Shown here piece by piece: positions 9,161-18,776 of a stretch of 64,000 bases of DNA (its first letter is position 1; each line of letters opens with the position of its first letter). A model generated the notes under the pieces. That model was not told the origin of the DNA, ran no database searches, and was given only the letters and a program-made list of their open reading frames with translations. Source of the stretch: an uncultured Syntrophaceae bacterium (GTDB lineage Bacteria; Desulfobacterota; Syntrophia; Syntrophales; UBA4778); the NCBI GenBank assembly GCA_964597995.1, contig CAZRAC010000001.1:23556-87555 (forward strand), written 5' to 3'. The position numbers and the translations under genes are program-made.

Positions 9161-10273
9161 TCAGTTATTGAATACGCCTTTAATGCCCTCTACGCCCTTT
9201 TTGACACCCTCGGTGCCCGTCTTGATGACGGATTTTCCTATGTCTTTCACCGAAATGCCGAGTTTGTTGGCTACGGCAAGGGATAGCTTGTCGGCGACAC
9301 CTTCCCTGAGGCTGAACTTCGGGTTGTTTAGGTCACCTTCGAGGACAAAATTCACCGTAATCTCATTTTTATCGTTCTTGAGGGTGGCGACGGCAATCGA
9401 GAGCGGCACGCCGCGGAATTTGTTCCCAATGCCGGGGCCGCTCTTGAAATCGAGGTCCCGCAGCAGGGCCCGCCCCGGGGCATGGAGTTTCCGGGCACGG
9501 ACCTTCACGTCCATGTCGAGGTCGAGAAGTCCCCTGGTTATATTCACCCCTCTCTTCTGGAAGTAAGGCCTAAAGGGGATGATGTCGACATTGCGGACCT
9601 CGACCTTCGCTTCGGCATCTTCGATTTTCTCGTCTTTGAGTCTGACCTTCCCCTTGCTCTTTATCGTCCCTGAACTCTTGATGCCCGTGATAACGGCGCC
9701 CAGGGTGTACTGCGATTCGCCCCCGCCCGGCGGGAGGGCGACACCTTGAAGCTCTACGTCGATATCCCGCACCTTGATGAAAGCGGATCCCGCCCGCGGT
9801 TGCCGGTCGAGATAATCGAGAGAACCCTTTGTTATCAGGACCTTCTTGATAAGAAACGGAGGCAGAGGTTTCTTTTCCTTTCCTCCCTTTCCACCTTCTC
9901 CCGCCGGCAGTGAAGGATTTACCAGATTACCCCGGTGGTCTATTTCCATGAATACATAGGGTTCGTTGATGGTCAGGTGTGAGATGACGAAATCCCTTTT
10001 CAGCAGGCCTAAAAAGTCTGCCTGGATGGTCAGGCCGGCGGTCGTGAACACCGTTTTCCCCGCCTTGTTTTTGAGCTCGATATGGGAGGCCTTAACTTCT
10101 CCCCACGAAAGTCCGACCTCCTGAACGGAAAAAGCCCTCCCAAGGGCCGATTCGAGCTCTGCCTTGATAATCCTGTTGGCATTATGAAGGAGCAGAACCC
10201 CCGCCACAAAAACGATTGCGCTGAAAACAGCGAGGATAACCGCTACCTTCTTAAACCGTCTTCCCTTCCCCAT
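9161..10273 (-). CDS. Membrane-anchored DUF748/AsmA-like protein
   Basis: 370 aa. One N-terminal TM helix (VAVILAVFSAIVFVAGVLLL), repeated beta-rich segments, and a C-terminal GDLNNPKFSL motif as in DUF748. Confidence 0.5.
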   Translation of the reverse strand: MGKGRRFKKVAVILAVFSAIVFVAGVLLLHNANRIIKAELESALGRAFSVQEVGLSWGEVKASHIELKNKAGKTVFTTAGLTIQADFLGLLKRDFVISHLTINEPYVFMEIDHRGNLVNPSLPAGEGGKGGKEKKPLPPFLIKKVLITKGSLDYLDRQPRAGSAFIKVRDIDVELQGVALPPGGGESQYTLGAVITGIKSSGTIKSKGKVRLKDEKIEDAEAKVEVRNVDIIPFRPYFQKRGVNITRGLLDLDMDVKVRARKLHAPGRALLRDLDFKSGPGIGNKFRGVPLSIAVATLKNDKNEITVNFVLEGDLNNPKFSLREGVADKLSLAVANKLGISVKDIGKSVIKTGTEGVKKGVEGIKGVFNN

Positions 10274-10416
10274 CGAGCTTTTCCTTTTAGGTTTCAGATA
10301 GACAAACCTGACCCCTCTTCCTCCAGTGAAAGGCCTTATATCCCTTTTTTATCCCTATTTCAGTCAGTTTCTGCATCATGCGCAAGCCTGAATTGTCACC
10401 CTTCGATATTGAATAG

Positions 10417-11739
10417 ATGAGTAGGATCAGGTATAAAGGCGGCATGAACAAGCACCGGATTTTTATCGCCGATTCCCGCTCCATGAAGGATGTGCAGGAT
10501 CGGTCCGTCCACCTGGTGGTCACGTCGCCGCCTTACTGGCAGCTCAAGGACTACGACAGCGCCCGTCAGATTGGCTTTCACGACACCTACGAAGAATACA
10601 TCAACAACCTCAACCTCGTATGGAAGGAGTGCCATCGCGTACTGCACGACGGTTGTCGCCTCTGTGTCAACATCGGAGACCAGTTTGCCCGGTCCGTTTA
10701 TTACGGTCGATACAAGGTAATACCGATCAGGACCGAGATCATTAAATTTTGCGAAACCGTCGGGTTCGATTATATGGGGGCCATCATATGGCAGAAGGTG
10801 ACGACCTGCAACACGACAGGCGGCGCCACGGTCATGGGGTCGTACCCGTATCCGAGAAATGGGATCCTCAAGATCGATTACGAATTCATCCTGCTCTTCA
10901 AAAAGCCCGGGAATCCCCCACCTGTCGACAGAACGGCCAAAGAACAGTCCAGGTTGTCAGCAGAAGAGTGGAATGAATACTTCGCCGGCCACTGGCATTT
11001 TCCCGGGGAGAAACAGGATAAGCACCTGGCCATGTTTCCGGAAGAGCTTCCCAGGAGGTTGATCAGGATGTTCAGCTTTGTCGGGGACACGGTTCTCGAC
11101 CCCTTTTTGGGGAGCGGCACAACCTCTCTTGCGGCAAGGAAGCTGGAGAGGAACTCTGTCGGGTATGAGATCAACGAATCATTTCTACCGGTAATCAGGA
11201 AAAAGATAGGGGCCGACCAGCCGGATATTTTCAGCGAGACGGCTGTCGAAATCATCAAACCGGCAAGCCAACCTATCGATTACATGCAGGAAATAAAGAA
11301 ACTGCCCTATGTATTTCACGACCCGGTGCGCTTCGATAAGAAGGTAGATCCTCGGAAAATGACCTTCGGTTCCAAAATCGAAGCCGACGGAAACGGCAAC
11401 GAACAGTATCTACGCGTGAAACGCGTAATAACCCCCCACACGATGGAACTCACCAACGATGTAGTCATCAGGTTGATCGGTGTCGGGGCCAAGGCAGGCA
11501 AAGAACGGGAGGCCGTGGAGTGGTTGTGGGATAGACTGAAGGGGCAAAGGCTTTGCCTGAAATTCGACCAGACCAAGTATGACGAAGACAACCGTCTTCT
11601 CTCTTATCTGTACCTCAAAAACAAGACCTTCATCAATCTTCACTACCTTCGCTCCAATCTTGTCCGGTTGGACGAGACGTTCCCCTTCAAGTATCGCGAC
11701 AGGTTCAGGGCGATCCTTAAGGAGGAAATCGAGCCGTGA
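10417..11739 (+). CDS. Beta-class N4-cytosine/N6-adenine DNA methyltransferase fused to a degenerate SNase (thermonuclease)-like domain
   Basis: Motif IV VVTSPPYW lies N-terminal and motif I VLDPFLGSGTT lies C-terminal, which is the beta-class order. The C-terminal ~120 aa follows the SNase pattern (VIRLIGV..., LLSYLYL.NKTFIN) but lacks the catalytic GIDAPE-type residues. ATG 10444 is an alternative start. Confidence 0.8.
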   Translation: MSRIRYKGGMNKHRIFIADSRSMKDVQDRSVHLVVTSPPYWQLKDYDSARQIGFHDTYEEYINNLNLVWKECHRVLHDGCRLCVNIGDQFARSVYYGRYKVIPIRTEIIKFCETVGFDYMGAIIWQKVTTCNTTGGATVMGSYPYPRNGILKIDYEFILLFKKPGNPPPVDRTAKEQSRLSAEEWNEYFAGHWHFPGEKQDKHLAMFPEELPRRLIRMFSFVGDTVLDPFLGSGTTSLAARKLERNSVGYEINESFLPVIRKKIGADQPDIFSETAVEIIKPASQPIDYMQEIKKLPYVFHDPVRFDKKVDPRKMTFGSKIEADGNGNEQYLRVKRVITPHTMELTNDVVIRLIGVGAKAGKEREAVEWLWDRLKGQRLCLKFDQTKYDEDNRLLSYLYLKNKTFINLHYLRSNLVRLDETFPFKYRDRFRAILKEEIEP

Positions 11740-11772
11740 AAAAGCTCAGGATGCAGAGGCCTTCTAGCGAGA

Positions 11773-12513
11773 CTAAAACTCCTGGCGCGTTGGCCGAAAC
11801 AGGATCTCGTTCACATCCACGTCCTCCGGTTGGCTGATGGCGAAGGCGACCGCCCGGGCAAACGACTGGGCAGGAATCGCAACGTCATAGAGTCGACGCG
11901 AGGCCGCGGCGAAGTCAGGGTCGGTTATGCTGTTAGGCAGTTCCGTGGCTACTGCGCCCGGCGAAATCACGGTGGTGCGGATGTTGTATGGTTTGACTTC
12001 CTGCCGTAGTCCCTCCGATAGGGCCCGCACGGCGTGCTTGGTCGCTGCATAGACGGCGCCGCCGGGGCGTACCTTATGGCCCGCCACAGAGGAAACATTG
12101 ATGAAGTGTCCCGATTTTTGCTGCTTCATGTACGGCAGGGCGGCGGCAATGCCGTACAGCACGCCCTTTAGGTTCACGTCGACCATCCGGTCCCAGTCCT
12201 CGACCCTGAGGCGTTCAAGGAGCGACGACGGCATCAGCCCGGCGTTGTTGATCATGACATCGATGCGGCCGAACGTCTGCACGGCCGCGTCCACCAATGC
12301 CTTAACCTGGTCGACCTGGGTAACGTCAGTCACTACGGCGAGCGCCTTACCCCCGTTGGCAGTCAGCTCTTCTGCCAATGACCGGAGTCGGTCGGCACGC
12401 CGAGCGCCGAGCACGACGCTCGCACCTTGAGCGGAGAGCAACCGGGCAGCCGCCTCGCCCAACCCGCTGCTCGCGCCTGTGATCACAACGACTTTTCCTG
12501 CGATGTTATCCAT
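11773..12513 (-). CDS. SDR family oxidoreductase
   Basis: 246 aa. TGASSGLG cofactor motif, NNAG, catalytic YAATK. Confidence 0.85.
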   Translation of the reverse strand: MDNIAGKVVVITGASSGLGEAAARLLSAQGASVVLGARRADRLRSLAEELTANGGKALAVVTDVTQVDQVKALVDAAVQTFGRIDVMINNAGLMPSSLLERLRVEDWDRMVDVNLKGVLYGIAAALPYMKQQKSGHFINVSSVAGHKVRPGGAVYAATKHAVRALSEGLRQEVKPYNIRTTVISPGAVATELPNSITDPDFAAASRRLYDVAIPAQSFARAVAFAISQPEDVDVNEILFRPTRQEF

Positions 12514-12554
12514 GGAACCTCCTTCTGCATCTCTTCTCGATCCTGATCAATCTT

Positions 12555-12708
12555 GACGTCCCCGTAAAAAGTCCAAAAACGTCATGCCGGACTTGATTAA
12601 GCCTGCCCCGTACTCGATACGGGGGCATCCAGAACATATTGAATATACTGGATTCCGGCGTTCGCCGGAATGACGAAACGCGTAATTCTCGACTTTTTAC
12701 GAGTCCAT
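12555..12708 (-). mobile_element. MITE-like element, long (154 bp) variant, copy B
   Basis: Reverse complement reads identically to copy A. Flanked by perfect 7-bp direct repeat CAATCTT (12548-12554 and 12709-12715). Confidence 0.8.
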
Positions 12709-12758
12709 CAATCTTTATTCGGTGTCTAAAAAACCCTTGACCCGTATGAACGACCTCG

Positions 12759-13271
12759 TCATGTCTCCTTCAAGACCAGGCTCAAAACGGTGGTCAGCTT
12801 GACCACGTCCTCATCCGCTTTTCGCAGCCGCGACCCCATGATCTTCGCCAGATTCAGGATTACCTTGAATCCCAGCTCAGGGTTGCTCTCTGCCAGCCTC
12901 AAAAAGGCGTCTCTCCGAATCTCGTATAGGAGGCAATCCGAAATGGCCCGGACCGTCGCCGTTCGCTCCGACTCTTCCAGCAGAGCGACCTCTCCGAAGA
13001 TAGAATGGTTTTCAGCTTCCAGCTTTGTGAAGACTTTGCTTTTTTGGTCAGAATCGTCATCGAAGCCTTTCATGGTCAACCTCTTGACCACCTCCACCGA
13101 CCCCTCGAGGATGATATACATGGTGTCGCCTGTCTTGCCTTCTTCCATGATGATGTCATCCTTGCGGAAGGCGACTTTTCCGGCGATGGTCAAGAACGTT
13201 CGAACCTGATCGGCCGTTAAACCCTGGAACAGGCCGGTTTTTGCAAGGGCGCTCATCAATTCGTCCGTCAT
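12759..13271 (-). CDS. Stand-alone cyclic nucleotide-binding domain protein
   Basis: 170 aa. LFQGL..., GDTMYIILEGSVEV and FGEVALL....RTATVRA are the canonical cNMP-binding motifs. Confidence 0.8.
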   Translation of the reverse strand: MTDELMSALAKTGLFQGLTADQVRTFLTIAGKVAFRKDDIIMEEGKTGDTMYIILEGSVEVVKRLTMKGFDDDSDQKSKVFTKLEAENHSIFGEVALLEESERTATVRAISDCLLYEIRRDAFLRLAESNPELGFKVILNLAKIMGSRLRKADEDVVKLTTVLSLVLKET

Positions 13272-13339
13272 TTTTTCCCCGACCTTCCTTGTGACCGGCG
13301 ATCCTCTGTCTCTCCCATATGCTGTCGTCGGCTCTAAGA

Positions 13340-14509
13340 CTACGATTCCGGGGACGACAGAATCACGGCATGGTCATCGGCTGTGATGACATGGTGGTCA
13401 TCGGGATTGATGATGACCTTCGTCGCCTCCTCGCGTTGCAACACGCCCTTGTTGGACGCCTTGAGTTTTTCCCGTATGAAGAGGTCGATAGCCGAGGTGT
13501 CGTCGCTCAGTACGTCCTCAACCTTGACCCCCTGCGATTCCTTCAGGAGGCCGATCAAAATCGCCTTCCGCTTGCCGCGGTAATACGCCGAAAGTTCTCC
13601 GAAGGTATGGCCGACGTATTGTTTCGGTATCTCGTCCCGCTTCAACATTCCCGCACCTTCAAAGGATAAAAGACCGGCATACACCTTGGAGAGACCCGGC
13701 GACCGCACGGCACCGGCAAGAAGAGACCCTATGTGTTCCCCCCTGACGATTATTTCATCTACATTGGCGCGCTTAAGGTGAGGCTTGCTTTCCCCGTCGA
13801 GAAGCTCGGCGATGACCTTGATCTTCGGCGCCAGGGACTTGACGGCCAAGGCACCCAGGATCGTCCTGTCGTCCGCCCTATCCCTGGGATGGGTCCCGGA
13901 AAAGTCGGCCATGATGAGCGCAAATCCGGCCCTCGTGATATTCGCCCTCAAGAGGACCTCCTCATGAACGAAGTCGCCCCTCAAGAAGATGACGTTCTGT
14001 TTTCCATACTTTGCCCGCAGAATGTCCATCTCGTCGATGGGAAGCTCATTGATCAAGACGATGGGCAAGCTACCCGACGTCCCGGCAGTCAGCCCCCGTA
14101 TGACTTCTTCGGTGTTGTTGTTCCAGCCGCAGACGACGATGTGCCCCTTATCCTTGATGGTTTCCAATCCCTTCCCCTCCTTTATCTTTTGCTCCACAAG
14201 GACGGACGCAACGGTCGCCGTCAACATGGACAGCAGTCCAATGCCCGAAATCATCAAGAAGATCCCGATAATCTTTCCCGCAAACGACAGGGGGACTTTA
14301 TCGCCGTACCCCACGGTGCAGATGGTCACGAAGGCCCACCACACCCCGTCCCAGATAGAATGTATGGTGGCGGCATCCATATGGCGTTCCGCGTAAAAAA
14401 CGCCGACCGAGGCAATGATGATGACGGCGAGCGTTATGGGCGCGACGAAGAAGAAACGCTCTTTTGCTAGAGCCTTCGTGACCGTCCTGGTCTTCGCAAC
14501 AAGTTTCAT
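13340..14509 (-). CDS. Potassium channel with RCK/TrkA-N domain
   Basis: 389 aa. Two TM helices around the selectivity filter TVGYGD, then a Rossmann-like HIVVCGWNN RCK domain. Confidence 0.85.
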   Translation of the reverse strand: MKLVAKTRTVTKALAKERFFFVAPITLAVIIIASVGVFYAERHMDAATIHSIWDGVWWAFVTICTVGYGDKVPLSFAGKIIGIFLMISGIGLLSMLTATVASVLVEQKIKEGKGLETIKDKGHIVVCGWNNNTEEVIRGLTAGTSGSLPIVLINELPIDEMDILRAKYGKQNVIFLRGDFVHEEVLLRANITRAGFALIMADFSGTHPRDRADDRTILGALAVKSLAPKIKVIAELLDGESKPHLKRANVDEIIVRGEHIGSLLAGAVRSPGLSKVYAGLLSFEGAGMLKRDEIPKQYVGHTFGELSAYYRGKRKAILIGLLKESQGVKVEDVLSDDTSAIDLFIREKLKASNKGVLQREEATKVIINPDDHHVITADDHAVILSSPES

Positions 14510-14728
14510 GGGTCAATCCGGTGGGAACGGTGCCGATTTGCCGTCAGTATACAAATCTTCTTGCGTATGACACCCATTCAATTCAGGACATGTTGATTTC
14601 ACCAGTTACCTATTTTTTACGGCGAAAGTAACGACGAGTCGAGTCCCGTGCCTTCAAGCCCGGGACTCGAACGACTTGTCCGGCTCTTACTTGACTTTGC
14701 AGCTTTTGCATTCAGATCCAAAAACTTC

Positions 14729-15094
14729 TTATTTCGTCTTTCCAACAAAGGTTGCATTCACTTTACGCTGTGCGTCTGTCTTTTCGCCCGCTTTGCGGTA
14801 GGCTGCTGCTTTGAGCTCCGGCGAACCTTCGTACATGCTGCAGCTTGCTTCGCTCTTAGCATAATCAGGGTGTGACCTGGGAATGCCGAGTGGCGGCAAC
14901 TTTGCTAACGCGGCCATGCAGACCTCATACGGGGTTTTTCCCGGCATGCTCGGCTTCATCTCGGCATACTTTTTCTCCAGTTCCTGCTGACGGGCTGACT
15001 TCTTAATGACGACGGGTTTCATCTGCGACAGGTCCAATGCAAACGCGTTTGATGCAAAGACAACAATTACAACGATCACAGCGAGCTTTTTCAT
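14729..15094 (-). CDS. Small secreted hypothetical protein
   Basis: 121 aa. Signal peptide MKKLAVIVVIVVFASNAFA. No recognisable domain. Confidence 0.5.
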   Translation of the reverse strand: MKKLAVIVVIVVFASNAFALDLSQMKPVVIKKSARQQELEKKYAEMKPSMPGKTPYEVCMAALAKLPPLGIPRSHPDYAKSEASCSMYEGSPELKAAAYRKAGEKTDAQRKVNATFVGKTK

Positions 15095-15129
15095 ATTAAC
15101 TCCTTTCTTTTCAGGTTTTTACTAAATCC

Positions 15130-16404
15130 CTATTTTCCCCTCGACGGAAGTGCGACCGGTTTAAAGATATCTTTTGTCATAGTATCGGGGCGGAAAGATG
15201 GGTCCATATTCAGTTTAGGCATGCTTGGGATACGAGCGTTCTTATCGACTTTCATCACAAAGGGGGCAGATTTTATCGCCGAGAGTAGCTGACTCCCCAC
15301 GAGAACAAAATGGCCGTCCATAGTCTCATCCATATCGTAACCGCAATATCTTACCCGAGGTTCTCCGAGCATCCTTACCCATTCCATGGTGCCCATCCGA
15401 TCCAGTTTGATTACGAGCAAGTAATCTTGGCAAAAGAGCACATACGCCCCGCCGTCATCGGCAGGACAGGCAGAGGCACGCCCCGTGACACCGCCTCGGT
15501 CCCATAGCCATTTCCCTTCAGCATCCAGTTTGATTACGAACCCCTTGATAACACCCAATGTCGTCCCACCACTCACGATGATACCTCCGTCACGGGTACA
15601 TACAATGGATTGAACGACATCTGATGAATTTTTCCCGAAAGAGCTATATCCCCGCTGCCAGACCACGGTTCCCGCGGCATCTAATTTGGCGACTCGCAGA
15701 CCTTCCCCACTTTCAATCGCCGTATAGGCAAACAAGTAATGATGATCCGGAGTTTCGGTAAGGGCGCTTCCTTCGTATTGGGCACTCTCCAAAAATGTTT
15801 CCCACACCACGTTCCCTTGTTTATCCAGCTTGATCACCCAGCCGGTATCGCGGTTGCGGGCTTTATTAAATCGGCTTCCTCCAAAAACACACCCGCCGTC
15901 CGCTGTGGCTGCAAGGGCATTGCCGTACCACGTAACCTCTTTCCCAAATTCCTTCTCCCAGATGACCCTCCCCGTATCGTCCATTTTGATGACGCGCAAT
16001 CCGTCCCGAAGGGAATTTCCCTCTGCGAGGTTCTTGCAAGCCAGAACGAAGATGCTTCCATCAGGCCCCAGGCGCACGTTATAGAAACTACTGCCATGTA
16101 TAGCCTTGGGGAAAGTTCTCTCCCACAGCTTGTCGCCTCGGGCATTCAACCGTAACACCCACAGGTTGGGTGGCGGGAATTTAGAGGCGAAAGCGTACCC
16201 GACCGCCACGCATCCCCCGTCGGCCGTGTGAGACACGGCATACAATACTTTGAAATTAGGGCCGCCGAATGTCTTGAACCATGTCGTAGTTGCGGGAGGT
16301 GCCGATACCTTCGCTTTCTTTTGCGCCCCCATGGATGAGCTCGCACCTAAGACAAACACACACACCCCAAGGACTATACAGATTACGAACGCTGCTCGCT
16401 TCAT
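15130..16404 (-). CDS. Secreted seven-bladed beta-propeller protein (SBBP-like repeats)
   Basis: 424 aa with a signal peptide. Seven ~45-aa repeats of the form T.DGG.v..G....g.vIKLD..G..vWe (for example TADGGCVAVGY..VLRLNARGDKLWE and TRDGGIIVSGG..VIKLDAEGKWLWD). Confidence 0.6.
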   Translation of the reverse strand: MKRAAFVICIVLGVCVFVLGASSSMGAQKKAKVSAPPATTTWFKTFGGPNFKVLYAVSHTADGGCVAVGYAFASKFPPPNLWVLRLNARGDKLWERTFPKAIHGSSFYNVRLGPDGSIFVLACKNLAEGNSLRDGLRVIKMDDTGRVIWEKEFGKEVTWYGNALAATADGGCVFGGSRFNKARNRDTGWVIKLDKQGNVVWETFLESAQYEGSALTETPDHHYLFAYTAIESGEGLRVAKLDAAGTVVWQRGYSSFGKNSSDVVQSIVCTRDGGIIVSGGTTLGVIKGFVIKLDAEGKWLWDRGGVTGRASACPADDGGAYVLFCQDYLLVIKLDRMGTMEWVRMLGEPRVRYCGYDMDETMDGHFVLVGSQLLSAIKSAPFVMKVDKNARIPSMPKLNMDPSFRPDTMTKDIFKPVALPSRGK

Positions 16405-16664
16405 ATGGACCTTCCTCCCTCAGTCATTACGTTCAAAAAAATAAAGCCTGTTTAACAGTGTGTATACCATATCATAACAAGTAGTTACAAGCGGCCTAAG
16501 AAGTACTTACCCTCATAGCTATGGTAATTTTGGGGCTGTAAGGGCATTCGCAATGCCCCCCAGTCTACAAGGGGACGGTCCACTTTGCCCGCTTTATACT
16601 TGACACGCTCCTCTATTCTGTCATATTTCTGAACACAAAACTCAGCAGAAAGGAGGTTATTGTT

Positions 16665-17078
16665 ATGAAAAGAGTATTTTTACTTGTTTTTTGCTGTGTA
16701 TTATTTGTCCCGGTGATTGCAAGTGCAGTAGAACGCCCGCCAGACGGGACGGTAAGGGTTTATCGCGATTCTCTGTGCAAAACAGGACCTCAGTCAACTT
16801 TTGCTAGTACTTTAACCGGCTCAGCAGACGGGAAATATCCAAGCCTGGTAAATTTTCCACAACATGACGAGAATGGTTCGCAAATACCCGGAAGCACCTG
16901 GAATGACCAGATTTCATGCCTGACGATTGGTGGGGGCATCAAAGAAGTCGTTATTTACGAGAATGTCAACTTCAAAGGGAAAAGCAAAACACTGAAGAGG
17001 AAAGATGGCTGGGTCTGGAGCTTTGGCGGCGACTGGTGGAACGACCGCATCAGCTCCTTTAAGATTATTGCACAGTAG
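16665..17078 (+). CDS. Secreted beta/gamma-crystallin-like domain protein
   Basis: 137 aa with a signal peptide. Greek-key motifs VRVYRDSLCKTG..., IYENVNFKGKSKTL and WWNDRISSFKI. Confidence 0.55.
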   Translation: MKRVFLLVFCCVLFVPVIASAVERPPDGTVRVYRDSLCKTGPQSTFASTLTGSADGKYPSLVNFPQHDENGSQIPGSTWNDQISCLTIGGGIKEVVIYENVNFKGKSKTLKRKDGWVWSFGGDWWNDRISSFKIIAQ

Positions 17079-17259
17079 ACATTCCCTTCGCGTCCTCCAG
17101 AAAACCCGAGATATGCAAAGATATAACACCGGTGTGGTGTCGGAAAGACATCGCACCGGTGTTTGCACTTTGATGTTGTAAAACTTAACCTCTTCCCAGG
17201 CAGTCAGCTTCTCTCCCGTGATGATGCCTAAGCTACCTCATTTGCCGCGTGCTCTTTGA

Positions 17260-17442
17260 CTAACTTACCCGCTTCGATCGTTTCAATGAGCCTTCTTCGG
17301 GTCTTCTTCCCATGTTGCGATAACCCCGGTGAGGCCTCTCGTAATTGTAATGATAGAGCCACTTGTCCAGGTCTTCCTGAAGCTCCTCGACCGAGGTATA
17401 GAACTTTTCCCTGTGGGTCTCCCCGCTGCTTAACTTGTCCGT
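17260..17442 (-). pseudogene. C-terminal remnant of an rve/DDE-type (IS481/IS3-like) transposase
   Basis: Minus-strand frame reads TDKLSSGETHREKFYTSVEELQEDLDKWLYHYNYERPHRGYRNMGRRPEEG..* . The W..YN.ERPH tail is typical of integrase-core transposases. The frame is closed by a stop 5' of it and has no start or catalytic core. Confidence 0.6.
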
Positions 17443-17471
17443 CTAAGCCTCTCCCCACCCGTCATATCTCC

Positions 17472-18380
17472 TTAGCCCTTCAGAAAATCCGGATCCCGGT
17501 ACGCCGGGTTGGGATAGGTATAAAAACCACGGCCGGTTTTTACTCCCAGCCAACCTTTGTCAACATACTCCTTTTTCAAGAATTCCGCGTTCTTGCGGCT
17601 CTGTTGGTTGTCGCGGTTAACATTCGATGATTCCGCAATGTGCAATGCGGTATCCAGGCCGACATCATCCAGCATGCCGAGGGGTCCGACGGGCATTTTC
17701 ATGATCCCCATCCAGGCACGATCCACATCGTGCACCGACGCGACACCATTGGCGACCAGGGCAATCGCGGCAGCGTTCAGGGAACTGTACATAGCGTTGA
17801 AAATATACCCATGATTCTCCTTGCGGAGAACCATGGGTATCTGATTGATGGAGCGGGCGAAATCGCGGACCAGCGTTACAACTTCCGTCGCGGTTCCGGG
17901 ATGGGGCATTATATCGGCCACATTCCCGACCCAGACAGGTTGGTGGAAATGAAACGCGAGGAATCGCTCAGGACGGCCGGTGGCTTCGGCGACAACCGAC
18001 GGAACCAGCAGGGATGTATTGGTGGTGAAAATGGTCCGGCCTGGGCACAGCTCGTTGAATCGGGCAAGTACCTTCCTCTTCAGGGCAGGATCTTCCGGAA
18101 TCGATTCGCTGAGCAGGTCCGCCTCCCGGGCCGCTTCCGCCTCGTCGGTCGTGGCTGCAATCCCGGCAAGGGCTTTTTCGGCAGCCCGCTTCTCCAGGTA
18201 GCCGCCGGTGACGAGATTGTCGGCATAGGCGGCCAGCCGCCGAAGAGAAAGTTCCAAGGCAGCTTCATCAATGTCGTAGAGAGTGACTTCGTAGCCGTGG
18301 GCCGCGCACTGGAAGGCGATCTGCCGGCCCATCGTCCCGCCGCCGACAATCAGCACTTTCCTGATATCTTTCAGTTCCAT
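17472..18380 (-). CDS. hbd: 3-hydroxyacyl-CoA (3-hydroxybutyryl-CoA) dehydrogenase
   Basis: 302 aa. NAD motif VLIVGGGTMGRQIA. The order of the 3HCDH N- and C-terminal domains is recognisable. Confidence 0.85.
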   Translation of the reverse strand: MELKDIRKVLIVGGGTMGRQIAFQCAAHGYEVTLYDIDEAALELSLRRLAAYADNLVTGGYLEKRAAEKALAGIAATTDEAEAAREADLLSESIPEDPALKRKVLARFNELCPGRTIFTTNTSLLVPSVVAEATGRPERFLAFHFHQPVWVGNVADIMPHPGTATEVVTLVRDFARSINQIPMVLRKENHGYIFNAMYSSLNAAAIALVANGVASVHDVDRAWMGIMKMPVGPLGMLDDVGLDTALHIAESSNVNRDNQQSRKNAEFLKKEYVDKGWLGVKTGRGFYTYPNPAYRDPDFLKG

Positions 18381-18776
18381 TGAATCGCTCCTTTCGTTTG
18401 GGGCAATGGCAATAGAAGAACTGCGTATGTCTAACGCTCTGGAAATTCGTTTGCCGAAAATCTCCCGGTTTTGGTCCCACGCTTATAGCCTGAAAATTTT
18501 AATCGTTCGGAGGCAGGGGGGCCATTTACATCATATTTATCAAGGGGCTCCTTAAGCGCCCACCCCGATTTTGGGCTGCCTTGGCATGGATGACCCTTAT
18601 CACCCTTTTTCTCCTCATGCGAATGCAAATATGTAAAGGGCGTCTCCATCCCGCGTCCACATTGTCGTCTACGCTGGCCCAGGAAGTCCATTTTCTACCT
18701 TTGCCTAACTCTTGACGTCACCCGGAGCCAACTTTTTCGGCGATCGGGTTCACGCGCTTGTTGTACGGTCCTTTTC

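Noticed and set aside
18431-18691. 86-aa ORF (minus strand) in the gap between hbd and the helicase-PLD gene
   Set aside because: It has no recognisable motif, no convincing RBS, and a basic low-complexity translation. It may be island junction debris. I leave it unannotated.
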